Positions 56,595-63,802 of a stretch of 64,000 bases of DNA are shown in pieces; positions within the stretch are counted from its first letter, which is position 1, and each line of letters starts with the position of its first letter. A program made the translations under genes and the position numbers. The stretch comes from a virus (Duplodnaviria > Caudoviricetes), in the IMG/VR virus record IMGVR_UViG_3300024346_000005; one strand, written 5' to 3'. The notes beneath the pieces were generated by a model. The model did not search any database. It was not told where the DNA came from and was given only the letters and a program-made list of their open reading frames with translations.

Positions 56595-57851
56595 ATGAAA
56601 AGTTTTAGAGAGTTTATGATAGAGGCACGAGATGCTGTAAAAGACGCTACATATACTGGAGATGCTGCCGAACAGGAAAGAATAAGACAAAGAGACCTTA
56701 AAAGGGGTTTTGATCCTGATAAGGAAAGAGCAGAGGCTAGAAGAAAAGCTAAAGAAGAATTATTGCGTAATAGGTCTAAGAATACTACAGTTCCTGGTGG
56801 TAACAAAGCAGATTCTCCTTTTGGTGGAAAACCTCAACCACAACCTGAACAACCTTCTGATACGACACAACAAACTAAAACACCTCCTAAATCATCCACT
56901 CCACCTTCACAACCTTCTGATACGACACAACAAACTAAAACACCTCCTAAATCATCCACTCCACCTTCACAACCTTCTGGTGGAAGTGGTGGAAGAGGAA
57001 CATCTTCACCTCCTCCATCAAGTTCAACCACAACCCCATCTTCCGGAAGAAACCCAAATCAGTACAGAGGTCCTGGTACTGGAAGAACTGAAACTCCAAG
57101 AAGCACAACAAATCCAGGAAAAGGTCCCGGTGCATTTCAGACGGTAAAAAATAATGCAAAAAATATTAAAAACTTCAAACCTGGTAGTGTTCCGGGATTG
57201 AAGTCTGGTGGTGTTTTATCCGGTGTAGTTGATACCGCAGTTGAGAAATCTAGGGGTTCTGGGTGGTTAAGATCTCTAGCCAAAGGCACAGCATCAGCAT
57301 TAGGAGCTGTTGGTGGTGGTATTGCCGGTGGTGCTGCAGGATCTCTTGCTGGTCCAGTTGGAACCGCAGTCGGTGGATATGCTGGGCAAGCAGCAGGAGC
57401 CGCTGCTGCAGGTAAGGCATTTGATACTGTTGCCGGAGCAAATGCAGTAGGAAGAAAGCAAATTGCAACTGATAATCGTAAGAGTCAATCTGGTGGTGCA
57501 TTAGTTGGAACCGGCGGAAAGACTTCCTTTGATACTAAAAAGAATACGATTACAAGTGGCGGAAAAACCGCTCAATTGGGTAAGACTTCTGTTGTTACGG
57601 ATCCAAAAACAGGAAAGCAGGGTGTCGGATATCTTGCATATAAAGGTGGAAAAGCAGTTTATAAAAAACCAGATACAAAATCTCTTGCTCAGACATCATC
57701 CAATCCATTAGAAAGAGTTGGTAGGTCTTTATTTGCCGGTGCTTATAAGGCAAATGATGCTAAACTTGCTGCCGCAAAACTTAAGACAGCTGCTACAAGT
57801 GATGCTTCTCGTAACAAACAACTTGGTGTTAAATTGAAGCCGGGAGGTTAA
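56595..57851 (+). CDS. Low-complexity basic protein with capsid-targeting-like leader (MKSFREFMIEA) and a Gly/Ala-rich glycine-zipper segment
   Basis: 418 aa; GALGAVGGGIAGGAAGSLAGPVGTAVGG. Confidence 0.75.
   Translation: MKSFREFMIEARDAVKDATYTGDAAEQERIRQRDLKRGFDPDKERAEARRKAKEELLRNRSKNTTVPGGNKADSPFGGKPQPQPEQPSDTTQQTKTPPKSSTPPSQPSDTTQQTKTPPKSSTPPSQPSGGSGGRGTSSPPPSSSTTTPSSGRNPNQYRGPGTGRTETPRSTTNPGKGPGAFQTVKNNAKNIKNFKPGSVPGLKSGGVLSGVVDTAVEKSRGSGWLRSLAKGTASALGAVGGGIAGGAAGSLAGPVGTAVGGYAGQAAGAAAAGKAFDTVAGANAVGRKQIATDNRKSQSGGALVGTGGKTSFDTKKNTITSGGKTAQLGKTSVVTDPKTGKQGVGYLAYKGGKAVYKKPDTKSLAQTSSNPLERVGRSLFAGAYKANDAKLAAAKLKTAATSDASRNKQLGVKLKPGG
56849..56979 (+). repeat. Exact 60-bp in-frame tandem duplication (about 2.2 copies)
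   Basis: Unit AACCTTCTGATACGACACAACAAACTAAAACACCTCCTAAATCATCCACTCCACCTTCAC, encoding PSDTTQQTKTPPKSSTPPSQ. Confidence 0.95.
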
Positions 57852-57855
57852 TTTT

Positions 57856-57863
57856 TATAAATA
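57856..57863 (+). promoter_or_regulatory. Late promoter
   Basis: Exact TATAAATA. Confidence 0.7.
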
Positions 57864-57885
57864 ATTGAAAATAGTGTTTATTCAT

Positions 57886-58866
57886 ATGTCAAAAGAAATT
57901 GTAGACTTGATGGAGGCATATCAAGCAGTATATGCTCCCCAAGAATTGACAGAAGAGCAAGTATGGGAAGAAGTTGAGAACTGGGTTAATTCACTTTTAG
58001 AAGAAGGTTATGATCTAAGTGATTATACTTGGGAAGAGATGTATGAGAATTATGTAACTGAGAATTGGGCAGCTGTAGGTAAAGCATTATTAGGTTATGG
58101 GGCAAGAGGATTAAATGTAGCAAAGGTTGGAGCAAAACCTGTATTAAAAAATGTAGTAACTAAGGGTGGAAAGTATGGAGCTATTGGTCTTGGTGCATTA
58201 ACAGCAGATGAATTACTTACAAGAGGAGCTGGAAGAACAGCAGTAGGTAAAGGTTTGGAGCAAACAAGAAAACTCGGACCAGCACTTAGAGGAGAACCAG
58301 CAACACCATCTGCAAAAGTAGAACCCTCATCTTCAGAGAAACCTGGAGAATCCACAGGGAAAGTAGTGAACGCTGCCGGTGGTAAAGGAGGAACAGTTAC
58401 TTCCGGAACAAAATATGCAGCAACTCTTGGTGGAAAAAAGGGTAGTGTAACTTATGATGATACTGGTAAAAAGACATTTACTACCGACTCTTATGGATAT
58501 GATGCCTATGACCTTGTGCTTGAGTATCTCCTCTCACAAGGGCACACAGACACCGTAGAAGAGGCAAATTATGTAATGTTGGTAATGGATGCCGAAACTA
58601 TTGGAACTATTGTTGAGACAGCGGCAGACCAATCTGATAAGCAAATTGATAAAGGTGTAAAGACGACTTATAAAGCACAAAATGTTCTTGATAATCAACA
58701 TCAAGGTAGAAGTAAAGGATTGAATAAACTTCCAAGAGGCGAAAGAGAAGAGAAGGCAAAAAGAATGGGAGGTCGTCTAAAAAGTCGTAGAGACGATTTA
58801 TTTGGAGAACGCAATAAGCGTGAAGATTCAAAAAGAGAACAACTGAAGAAAATGTTAGGTTTATAA
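57886..58866 (+). CDS. EAY/EGY-module paralog family member 3 (326 aa)
   Basis: 47-aa N-terminal block identical to member 2; divergent module DAYDLVLEYLLSQGH..TIVE at 58501-58617. Confidence 0.78.
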   Translation: MSKEIVDLMEAYQAVYAPQELTEEQVWEEVENWVNSLLEEGYDLSDYTWEEMYENYVTENWAAVGKALLGYGARGLNVAKVGAKPVLKNVVTKGGKYGAIGLGALTADELLTRGAGRTAVGKGLEQTRKLGPALRGEPATPSAKVEPSSSEKPGESTGKVVNAAGGKGGTVTSGTKYAATLGGKKGSVTYDDTGKKTFTTDSYGYDAYDLVLEYLLSQGHTDTVEEANYVMLVMDAETIGTIVETAADQSDKQIDKGVKTTYKAQNVLDNQHQGRSKGLNKLPRGEREEKAKRMGGRLKSRRDDLFGERNKREDSKREQLKKMLGL

Positions 58867-58887
58867 TCTAAAATCCTAACATAACTC

Positions 58888-58926
58888 AAAGCACCTCTTG
58901 ACAAGGTGCTTTTTTATTGCTAGACT
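58888..58926 (+). promoter_or_regulatory. Terminator overlapping a sigma70 promoter
   Basis: AAAGCACCT/AGGTGCTTT stem with TTGACA (58898-58903) in the loop; 17 bp; TAGACT 58921-58926. Confidence 0.65.
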
Positions 58927-58950
58927 AGGTTTGTCTCCGTTGAAGGATAA
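58921..58950 (+). repeat. Copy 2 of the element at 22648-22676
   Basis: One substitution and one 1-nt indel relative to copy 1. Confidence 0.85.
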
Positions 58951-58974
58951 ATAATAGCTCTATAAGACTACTAA

Positions 58975-59418
58975 ATGAGCTATGAGAATCCTTGGAGATA
59001 TAATGGGGAGATTTTTGAATCAAACCATATAGAAGATTATTTTGGATTCGTATATCTCATATCCTGTAAGACCACCGGTAGAAATTATATTGGACGCAAG
59101 TACCTTTGGCAGTTCAGAACCCCAAAAGGAAAAAAGAGAAAAGTAAAGTCAGAATCTGATTGGAAAAATTATTATGGTTCTTGCCCAGAATTAAAAGAAG
59201 ATATAATCAAATACGGCAAGGAGTTCTTCAGTAGAGAAATTATAAGTCTTCATAAGACAAAAGGTAAATGTAACTTTGAGGAAACAAGACAACTTTTTCT
59301 AAATAATGTACTGACCGAATCACTTGACTCTGGGGTTCCGGCATACTATAATAGCAATATTCTCTCTAGATATTTTCGGAAAGACTATTATGATGACGCT
59401 ACTGGAACAAACTCTTAG
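58975..59418 (+). CDS. Compact GIY-YIG-family endonuclease (YENPW type)
   Basis: FGFVYLI..TGRNYIGRK, WKNYYGS, YYNSNI; no long DNA-binding tail. Confidence 0.75.
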   Translation: MSYENPWRYNGEIFESNHIEDYFGFVYLISCKTTGRNYIGRKYLWQFRTPKGKKRKVKSESDWKNYYGSCPELKEDIIKYGKEFFSREIISLHKTKGKCNFEETRQLFLNNVLTESLDSGVPAYYNSNILSRYFRKDYYDDATGTNS

Positions 59419-59572
59419 GTCTTCTCACGATTGGGCAGTTGATCGCATACATACATTATGTGAAGATAAGAGTGTCGAAGACGCTCAGGCAATTCAGGCA
59501 GAGTTTAGAGAATGGATGAACCCCGATATCTCAGAACACGATGTTTTTTCACTTGAATACTTAGGAGACTAA
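59390..59572 (+). CDS. Small hypothetical protein (60 aa)
   Basis: MMTLLEQTLRSSHDWAVDRIH...; coupled to the downstream gene. Confidence 0.55.
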   Translation: MMTLLEQTLRSSHDWAVDRIHTLCEDKSVEDAQAIQAEFREWMNPDISEHDVFSLEYLGD

Positions 59573-59574
59573 TA

Positions 59575-60273
59575 ATGCGAATAGACCTTCATAACTTCTT
59601 TCAGTACTACGACCCAAAGAATCCAAAACACGTTGCGGCAGTAGAGCAACTTGAAGTAGATTTGGTGGGTAAATCTCCAGACCTGATGGAGGATACTGCT
59701 AATTGGGTGAAGATTTTTAGAACAAAACTAGAAGTAGTAATTCCAGGAATTTTGAATGTTCCTTACTATCCTCAAACAGATAATTATAGAGACGCTAATC
59801 GTACTTGTAATAGTTCTTCCTGTGCTATGTGCCTTGAGTATTTTAAACCAGGAACTTTAGTAGGAGCAAAAGGTGATGATGCTTATGTTCAGAAAGTATT
59901 CGCAGTCGGTGATACAACTGACCACTCAGTTCAAACCAAAGTTCTTGCTTCTTACGGAGTTAAGTCTGAGTTTAGGTATAATCTTGGGTTTGCTGACCTT
60001 GATCGTGAGTTGTCTGCTGGGAGACCCGTTGTTATTGGCATACTCCATCGTGGCACTTTATCTTCTCCTACTGGCGGGCATATGCTGTGTGTAATAGGAA
60101 AAAGTCCTGATGGAAAATCTTATATCTGTAATGACCCATATGGGGATTTGAATGATGGATACACAGGAGCAGTCACGAATGGTAAAGGTGCCGTATATAA
60201 GAAGTCAGACCTTCAGTATCGTTGGTTAGAAAATAATAAAGATAAAACTGGTTGGGGAAGGATTTTCAAATGA
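59575..60273 (+). CDS. C39-like cysteine peptidase, probable cell-wall hydrolase
   Basis: VPYYPQTD..CNSSSCAM (Cys), GGHMLCV (His), NDPYG (Asp). Confidence 0.78.
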   Translation: MRIDLHNFFQYYDPKNPKHVAAVEQLEVDLVGKSPDLMEDTANWVKIFRTKLEVVIPGILNVPYYPQTDNYRDANRTCNSSSCAMCLEYFKPGTLVGAKGDDAYVQKVFAVGDTTDHSVQTKVLASYGVKSEFRYNLGFADLDRELSAGRPVVIGILHRGTLSSPTGGHMLCVIGKSPDGKSYICNDPYGDLNDGYTGAVTNGKGAVYKKSDLQYRWLENNKDKTGWGRIFK

Positions 60274-60881
60274 CTATCAAATTTGTAGATGCTGCAAAAA
60301 ACCATAAAGACCTAGAGCATCAAAATCGTGCCTGGGCATTTCTTCAGGCATCAGTTCACAAAGAAATATTGGATGAGTTTGCTAGGATTTATAGAAACCA
60401 AAAGATAGAACCAACACTTGATGGACTACCACTTCAAGGTGTTGCCCTTATCAAGGAATTTGAAGATTGTCATCTCAAAGCATATTATGATCCTCTTACA
60501 GGTGGGTTGCCCATCACGATTGGGTGGGGCAGCACTCGTAGAAAGGATGGAACGCGATTTATGATTGGGAATAAAATTACTCAAGAAGAAGCAGATGATT
60601 TGTTCTACTATCAACTTCGCCGGGAGTTTATTCCTGCTCTTCAAAAAATACCTTACTGGAGTGAGATGAATGACAATCAACGCGGAGCACTTTTATCCTT
60701 TGCTTACAATCTCGGAGATTTTTATGGTCATCCTGACTTCAATACTATTACAAGAGTCCTAAAGAATAAGGAATGGGATAAAGTTCCTGAAGCACTTAAA
60801 CTCTATCGTAATCCTGGAACTAATGTTGAAGCAGGATTATTAAGAAGAAGAGTTGCAGAAGCAAAATTATGGTCATCCTGA
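60270..60881 (+). CDS. GH24 phage lysozyme (endolysin) with N-terminal extension
   Basis: IKEFED..AYYD..TIGWGST, QRGALLSFAYNLG, GLLRRR.AE. Confidence 0.85.
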   Translation: MTIKFVDAAKNHKDLEHQNRAWAFLQASVHKEILDEFARIYRNQKIEPTLDGLPLQGVALIKEFEDCHLKAYYDPLTGGLPITIGWGSTRRKDGTRFMIGNKITQEEADDLFYYQLRREFIPALQKIPYWSEMNDNQRGALLSFAYNLGDFYGHPDFNTITRVLKNKEWDKVPEALKLYRNPGTNVEAGLLRRRVAEAKLWSS

Positions 60882-61214
60882 ATAAGGTTTGGCAATACCT
60901 TCGTTCAACATCCTTTCGTTGATTGTGACTGGATCGTCAACAAAATAAAGAGTGCCAAGTATCCTTCCATACTTATCTTCTTTGAAAGTTTCAATTACCC
61001 ATTCACCTTCTCGGGACAGTTCTTTTTCTAACCACGCTTTTGTCGCAAGACCTTCTGCTTTTTCTTTAAGGTCTTTGGTTCTTGTTTCTGCGGCATTAAT
61101 ACCTTTGAGACGAACTCTTTGAACAGTTGTAAGATTGAATCCCAAATCTATTGAAACATCTAATGTGTCACCATCAACAATTCTTTCTATCTTCTTGATT
61201 TTATAGTGATACAT
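60873..61214 (-). CDS. Thermonuclease (SNase/ParB-like) family nuclease
   Basis: VDGDT, VRLKGINAAE, DKYGRILG. Confidence 0.82.
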   Translation of the reverse strand: MYHYKIKKIERIVDGDTLDVSIDLGFNLTTVQRVRLKGINAAETRTKDLKEKAEGLATKAWLEKELSREGEWVIETFKEDKYGRILGTLYFVDDPVTINERMLNEGIAKPYSG

Positions 61215-61317
61215 TATCTTCTTCGTATGCTAATTTAAGTATATAGTAAATGATATAAGCAGCACCGGCAAGTCCAATACCTAATAGTATATTTACACTC
61301 CATACTGGGTCAGTCAT
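61201..61317 (-). CDS. Small single-pass membrane protein (38 aa); absent from the ORF track
   Basis: MTDPVWSVNILLGIGLAGAAYIIYYILKLAYEEDNVSL; overlaps both neighbours. Confidence 0.55.
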   Translation of the reverse strand: MTDPVWSVNILLGIGLAGAAYIIYYILKLAYEEDNVSL

Positions 61318-61603
61318 TTTCTTTTTCTTCAGGTTTTTTATTTAAGTTTGCCTTCAAAGCAATAATAGTTGCCAGAAGAGACATCAAAACTTGAATTGAT
61401 TCTGATGTATTATCGTCACATTTACTTGGAGGTTTTGCTCCACTTTTATCAAATGCCTTTACCAGATACAGATAATGTAAACTACTCATCACTTTGAAAT
61501 TACATATTACATAATTTGTGAAAGTCATTCCGACAATTGCTGTTGCTACAAATGCAACCATCACAGGAACTATATTATCAAGTGTTGGATATTTGAATTT
61601 CAT
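61310..61603 (-). CDS. Two-TM membrane protein
   Basis: Two hydrophobic segments; basic C-terminal tail. Confidence 0.6.
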   Translation of the reverse strand: MKFKYPTLDNIVPVMVAFVATAIVGMTFTNYVICNFKVMSSLHYLYLVKAFDKSGAKPPSKCDDNTSESIQVLMSLLATIIALKANLNKKPEEKEND

Positions 61604-61794
61604 AATCGTCCTTCGGTTTTATGTATCCATTCCTTCAACTCAGCAACATATTTTCTGAGTTCTTGTGCCTTATTTAGATGCCATTCATCACCACTCCTGA
61701 AGTACTCGTGAGTGTGATTATCTATTGCCTTTAGAATATTGTGTATCGGTGTATTCCAGTGCTCTCTATGAGGTGTATTCCACTCTCGTGGCAT
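61600..61794 (-). CDS. Small hypothetical protein (64 aa)
   Basis: MPREWNTPHREHWNTPIH..; stop overlaps the next start. Confidence 0.6.
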   Translation of the reverse strand: MPREWNTPHREHWNTPIHNILKAIDNHTHEYFRSGDEWHLNKAQELRKYVAELKEWIHKTEGRL

Positions 61795-61852
61795 AAAATG
61801 TGAAAAGCAGTTTGAAGTATTTAGATTCTTGGGAGACTTATTCACCCCCCAA

Positions 61853-61902
61853 CCACTTCTCAAACTGGCACACTTGACAGAACCTAAATAATCTCATATA
61901 AT
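61853..61902 (+). promoter_or_regulatory. Consensus sigma70 promoter with upstream CCACTT-N4-AACTGG motif
   Basis: Motif 61853-61868; TTGACA 61874-61879; 17 bp; TATAAT 61897-61902. Confidence 0.78.
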
Positions 61903-61960
61903 GCAAAGGAACCCACTCAAAAGGTGGGTTTTGTCATAATGAGTCTGTGATGTGACACTT

Positions 61961-62025
61961 AGAGCCGTGGAAGATGCCCTTCGAGAGAGGTGGTATACCC
62001 CTCTTCTATACGGATGCCGAATTCT
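61961..62025 (+). ncRNA. Candidate structured leader RNA
   Basis: GC-rich island; closing stem CCGU-GGAAGA/UCUUCU-AU-ACGG with internal hairpins, just upstream of the ATG. Confidence 0.35.
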
Positions 62026-62035
62026 ATTAAAATTA

Positions 62036-62686
62036 ATGCAACAATTTTTTACTGTAGCCTTTCCCCTTTTGGCAATGGTTACAACCAGCACGGCAACACT
62101 GCCCCAAGTGTTTCCTCCTCCACCCGTGAGTGGTCCGCCACCATTCTCTATTATTCAAGAGGATCCTACACGAAAGACAGCGACCAGAGAGGTTGCTCCA
62201 GTTAAACCAAAAGAAAAAAGACTAATTTGTAAAGGATGTAATACTAATGAAACGAAGACTGTAGAATTTCTACAGAATCGTGGAATTACTGACAAAAATG
62301 CCATAGCAACCATTATGGGCAATATCCGACAAGAATCTACCTTCACTCCTAATGTATGTGAGGGTGGTGCTATAGTGTCTTATGGTGCTTGTACAAGTGG
62401 TGGTTATGGTCTTATTCAATTTACCGATGCTCCAAGATATAATGGTCTTGGTAAGTTTGCTGCTCGTATTGGTGGAGACCCTTCCACACTTGATACTCAA
62501 CTTCGTTATATTATTACTGAACCACAATGGAGAGGTATTGAAGATAGATTGAAAGTCCCAGGAAAACCTATTGAATATTATATGCGTTTAGCATATACTT
62601 GGTTGGGGTGGGGACATAAAGGAGCAAGAACTGATTTTGCTTATAACTACTCAAATAAGTTAGTTCTAACTGTGATTGACTCCTAA
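62036..62686 (+). CDS. Phage tail-type lysozyme domain protein with signal peptide and Pro-rich linker
   Basis: AIATIMGNIRQES, GYGLIQFT, LDTQLRYI; N-term MQQFFTVAFPLLAMV. Confidence 0.75.
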   Translation: MQQFFTVAFPLLAMVTTSTATLPQVFPPPPVSGPPPFSIIQEDPTRKTATREVAPVKPKEKRLICKGCNTNETKTVEFLQNRGITDKNAIATIMGNIRQESTFTPNVCEGGAIVSYGACTSGGYGLIQFTDAPRYNGLGKFAARIGGDPSTLDTQLRYIITEPQWRGIEDRLKVPGKPIEYYMRLAYTWLGWGHKGARTDFAYNYSNKLVLTVIDS

Positions 62687-62694
62687 ATACATAT

Positions 62695-62750
62695 ACCTGA
62701 CTTGCTGACACTTTTCAGGTGAGATTGGAGTGCTTCGGCACTCCTTTCTT
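62695..62750 (+). ncRNA. Candidate 56-nt small RNA
   Basis: CTAAATA promoter variant at 62683-62689; hairpin ACCTGA/TCAGGT; terminator GGAGTGC-ttcg-GCACTCC-TTTCTT. Confidence 0.4.
62727..62750 (+). terminator. UUCG-loop terminator
   Basis: 7-bp perfect stem plus TTTCTT. Confidence 0.8.
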
Positions 62751-62751
62751 G

Positions 62752-62759
62752 TATAAATA
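62752..62759 (+). promoter_or_regulatory. Late promoter
   Basis: Exact TATAAATA. Confidence 0.65.
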
Positions 62760-62762
62760 ATA

Positions 62763-62817
62763 ATGTCAGCAAGAATGTACCGGCGTTGAATGGAAACGAG
62801 GTATGATTTATAAATAA
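62763..62817 (+). pseudogene. Possible deletion scar of an endonuclease gene
   Basis: Mini-ORF MSARMYRR in one frame; ECTGVEWKRGMIYK-stop in another. Confidence 0.3.
62809..62816 (+). promoter_or_regulatory. Late promoter
   Basis: Exact TATAAATA. Confidence 0.7.
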
Positions 62818-62835
62818 CTAAAAAGTATTCATAAA

Positions 62836-63765
62836 ATGGACGCACAAGAACTTCGCAATCTTCAAGAAGCATATATGGAAGTTTATGAACTTGATGAAGA
62901 TTGGAAACCTGTAAATGTGCCAAGAGTAAAAACTCGTATGGGAAATCTTGAAGGGAGATTGTCTTCAGTTTCTAATGATAGATTTTCCAGCAATACCCCA
63001 GAATATGCCAGATATCAAAGAACCGCAAATGTTGTCTCACAATCAACTGAAAATCCAAATAAACCTTTCCAAAAACCAACATTTGATCCAGGTGGACTGA
63101 AAATAAAACCAGGAGGCCGAGGTGTCACATTTTCTCCAGAAAGAAATTCACAATGGAAACCATTTTCATCTAGATTACCTACCAAAACTCCTGCTACAGT
63201 AACAAAACCATCTACACCATCATCCACAAAACCAAACCCTCGTAGTATTTCTGGTTCTAGTGCTCCTAGACCGGGAAGAGGATCTACATCAAATTGGATG
63301 ACAGATAGAATGGGTGAATTTACATCTGCGTTAAATAGATTATCAGATCCAAGAAAACCAAATTCAACCACAAAACCACAAGTAAAACCAACCAAAAGTT
63401 CAAGAGGTGGTGGTTCATCAGCACAAGGCGTTGGTTCTCCATCAGGAACTGGTAGATATCAAGTTGGTGGGGCGCAAGGACATGGTATTTCTGGAATAAA
63501 AATGGCCGATAGTTATGACCTCTACGACATCATTCTCTCACACCTTCTTGATGAGGGTTATGCCGAAACACCAGAAGCAGCAGAATCTATTATGGTGAAT
63601 ATGAGTGAAGAGTGGAGAGAGAGTATTTGTGAGGCAGAGATTGAACCCCCAAAAGAAAGAGTTGGTGCTTTGACGAATATTGATATTCCAATGTCCGAAA
63701 GAGAAGCAGCAAGACAAAGAACACTTGCAAAAGCAAAAGCAAAAAGAGAAAAAAACAAAAATTGA
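62836..63765 (+). CDS. EAY/EGY-module paralog family member 4 (309 aa, Pro/Ser/Thr/Lys-rich core)
   Basis: N-term NLQEAY; module DLYDIILSHLLDEGY..MSEEWRESICE at 63517-63633. Confidence 0.78.
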   Translation: MDAQELRNLQEAYMEVYELDEDWKPVNVPRVKTRMGNLEGRLSSVSNDRFSSNTPEYARYQRTANVVSQSTENPNKPFQKPTFDPGGLKIKPGGRGVTFSPERNSQWKPFSSRLPTKTPATVTKPSTPSSTKPNPRSISGSSAPRPGRGSTSNWMTDRMGEFTSALNRLSDPRKPNSTTKPQVKPTKSSRGGGSSAQGVGSPSGTGRYQVGGAQGHGISGIKMADSYDLYDIILSHLLDEGYAETPEAAESIMVNMSEEWRESICEAEIEPPKERVGALTNIDIPMSEREAARQRTLAKAKAKREKNKN

Positions 63766-63773
63766 ATAAATAT

Positions 63774-63802
63774 AGGAGGGCACTCATAACCCTCCTTTTT
63801 TT
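63774..63802 (+). terminator. Terminator
   Basis: AGGAGGG/CCCTCCT stem plus T run. Confidence 0.75.

Noticed and set aside
22648-58950. 36-kb invertible segment bounded by the 29-nt inverted repeats
   Set aside because: No recombinase in the window; inversion would flip core operons and break strand uniformity; a regulatory role fits better
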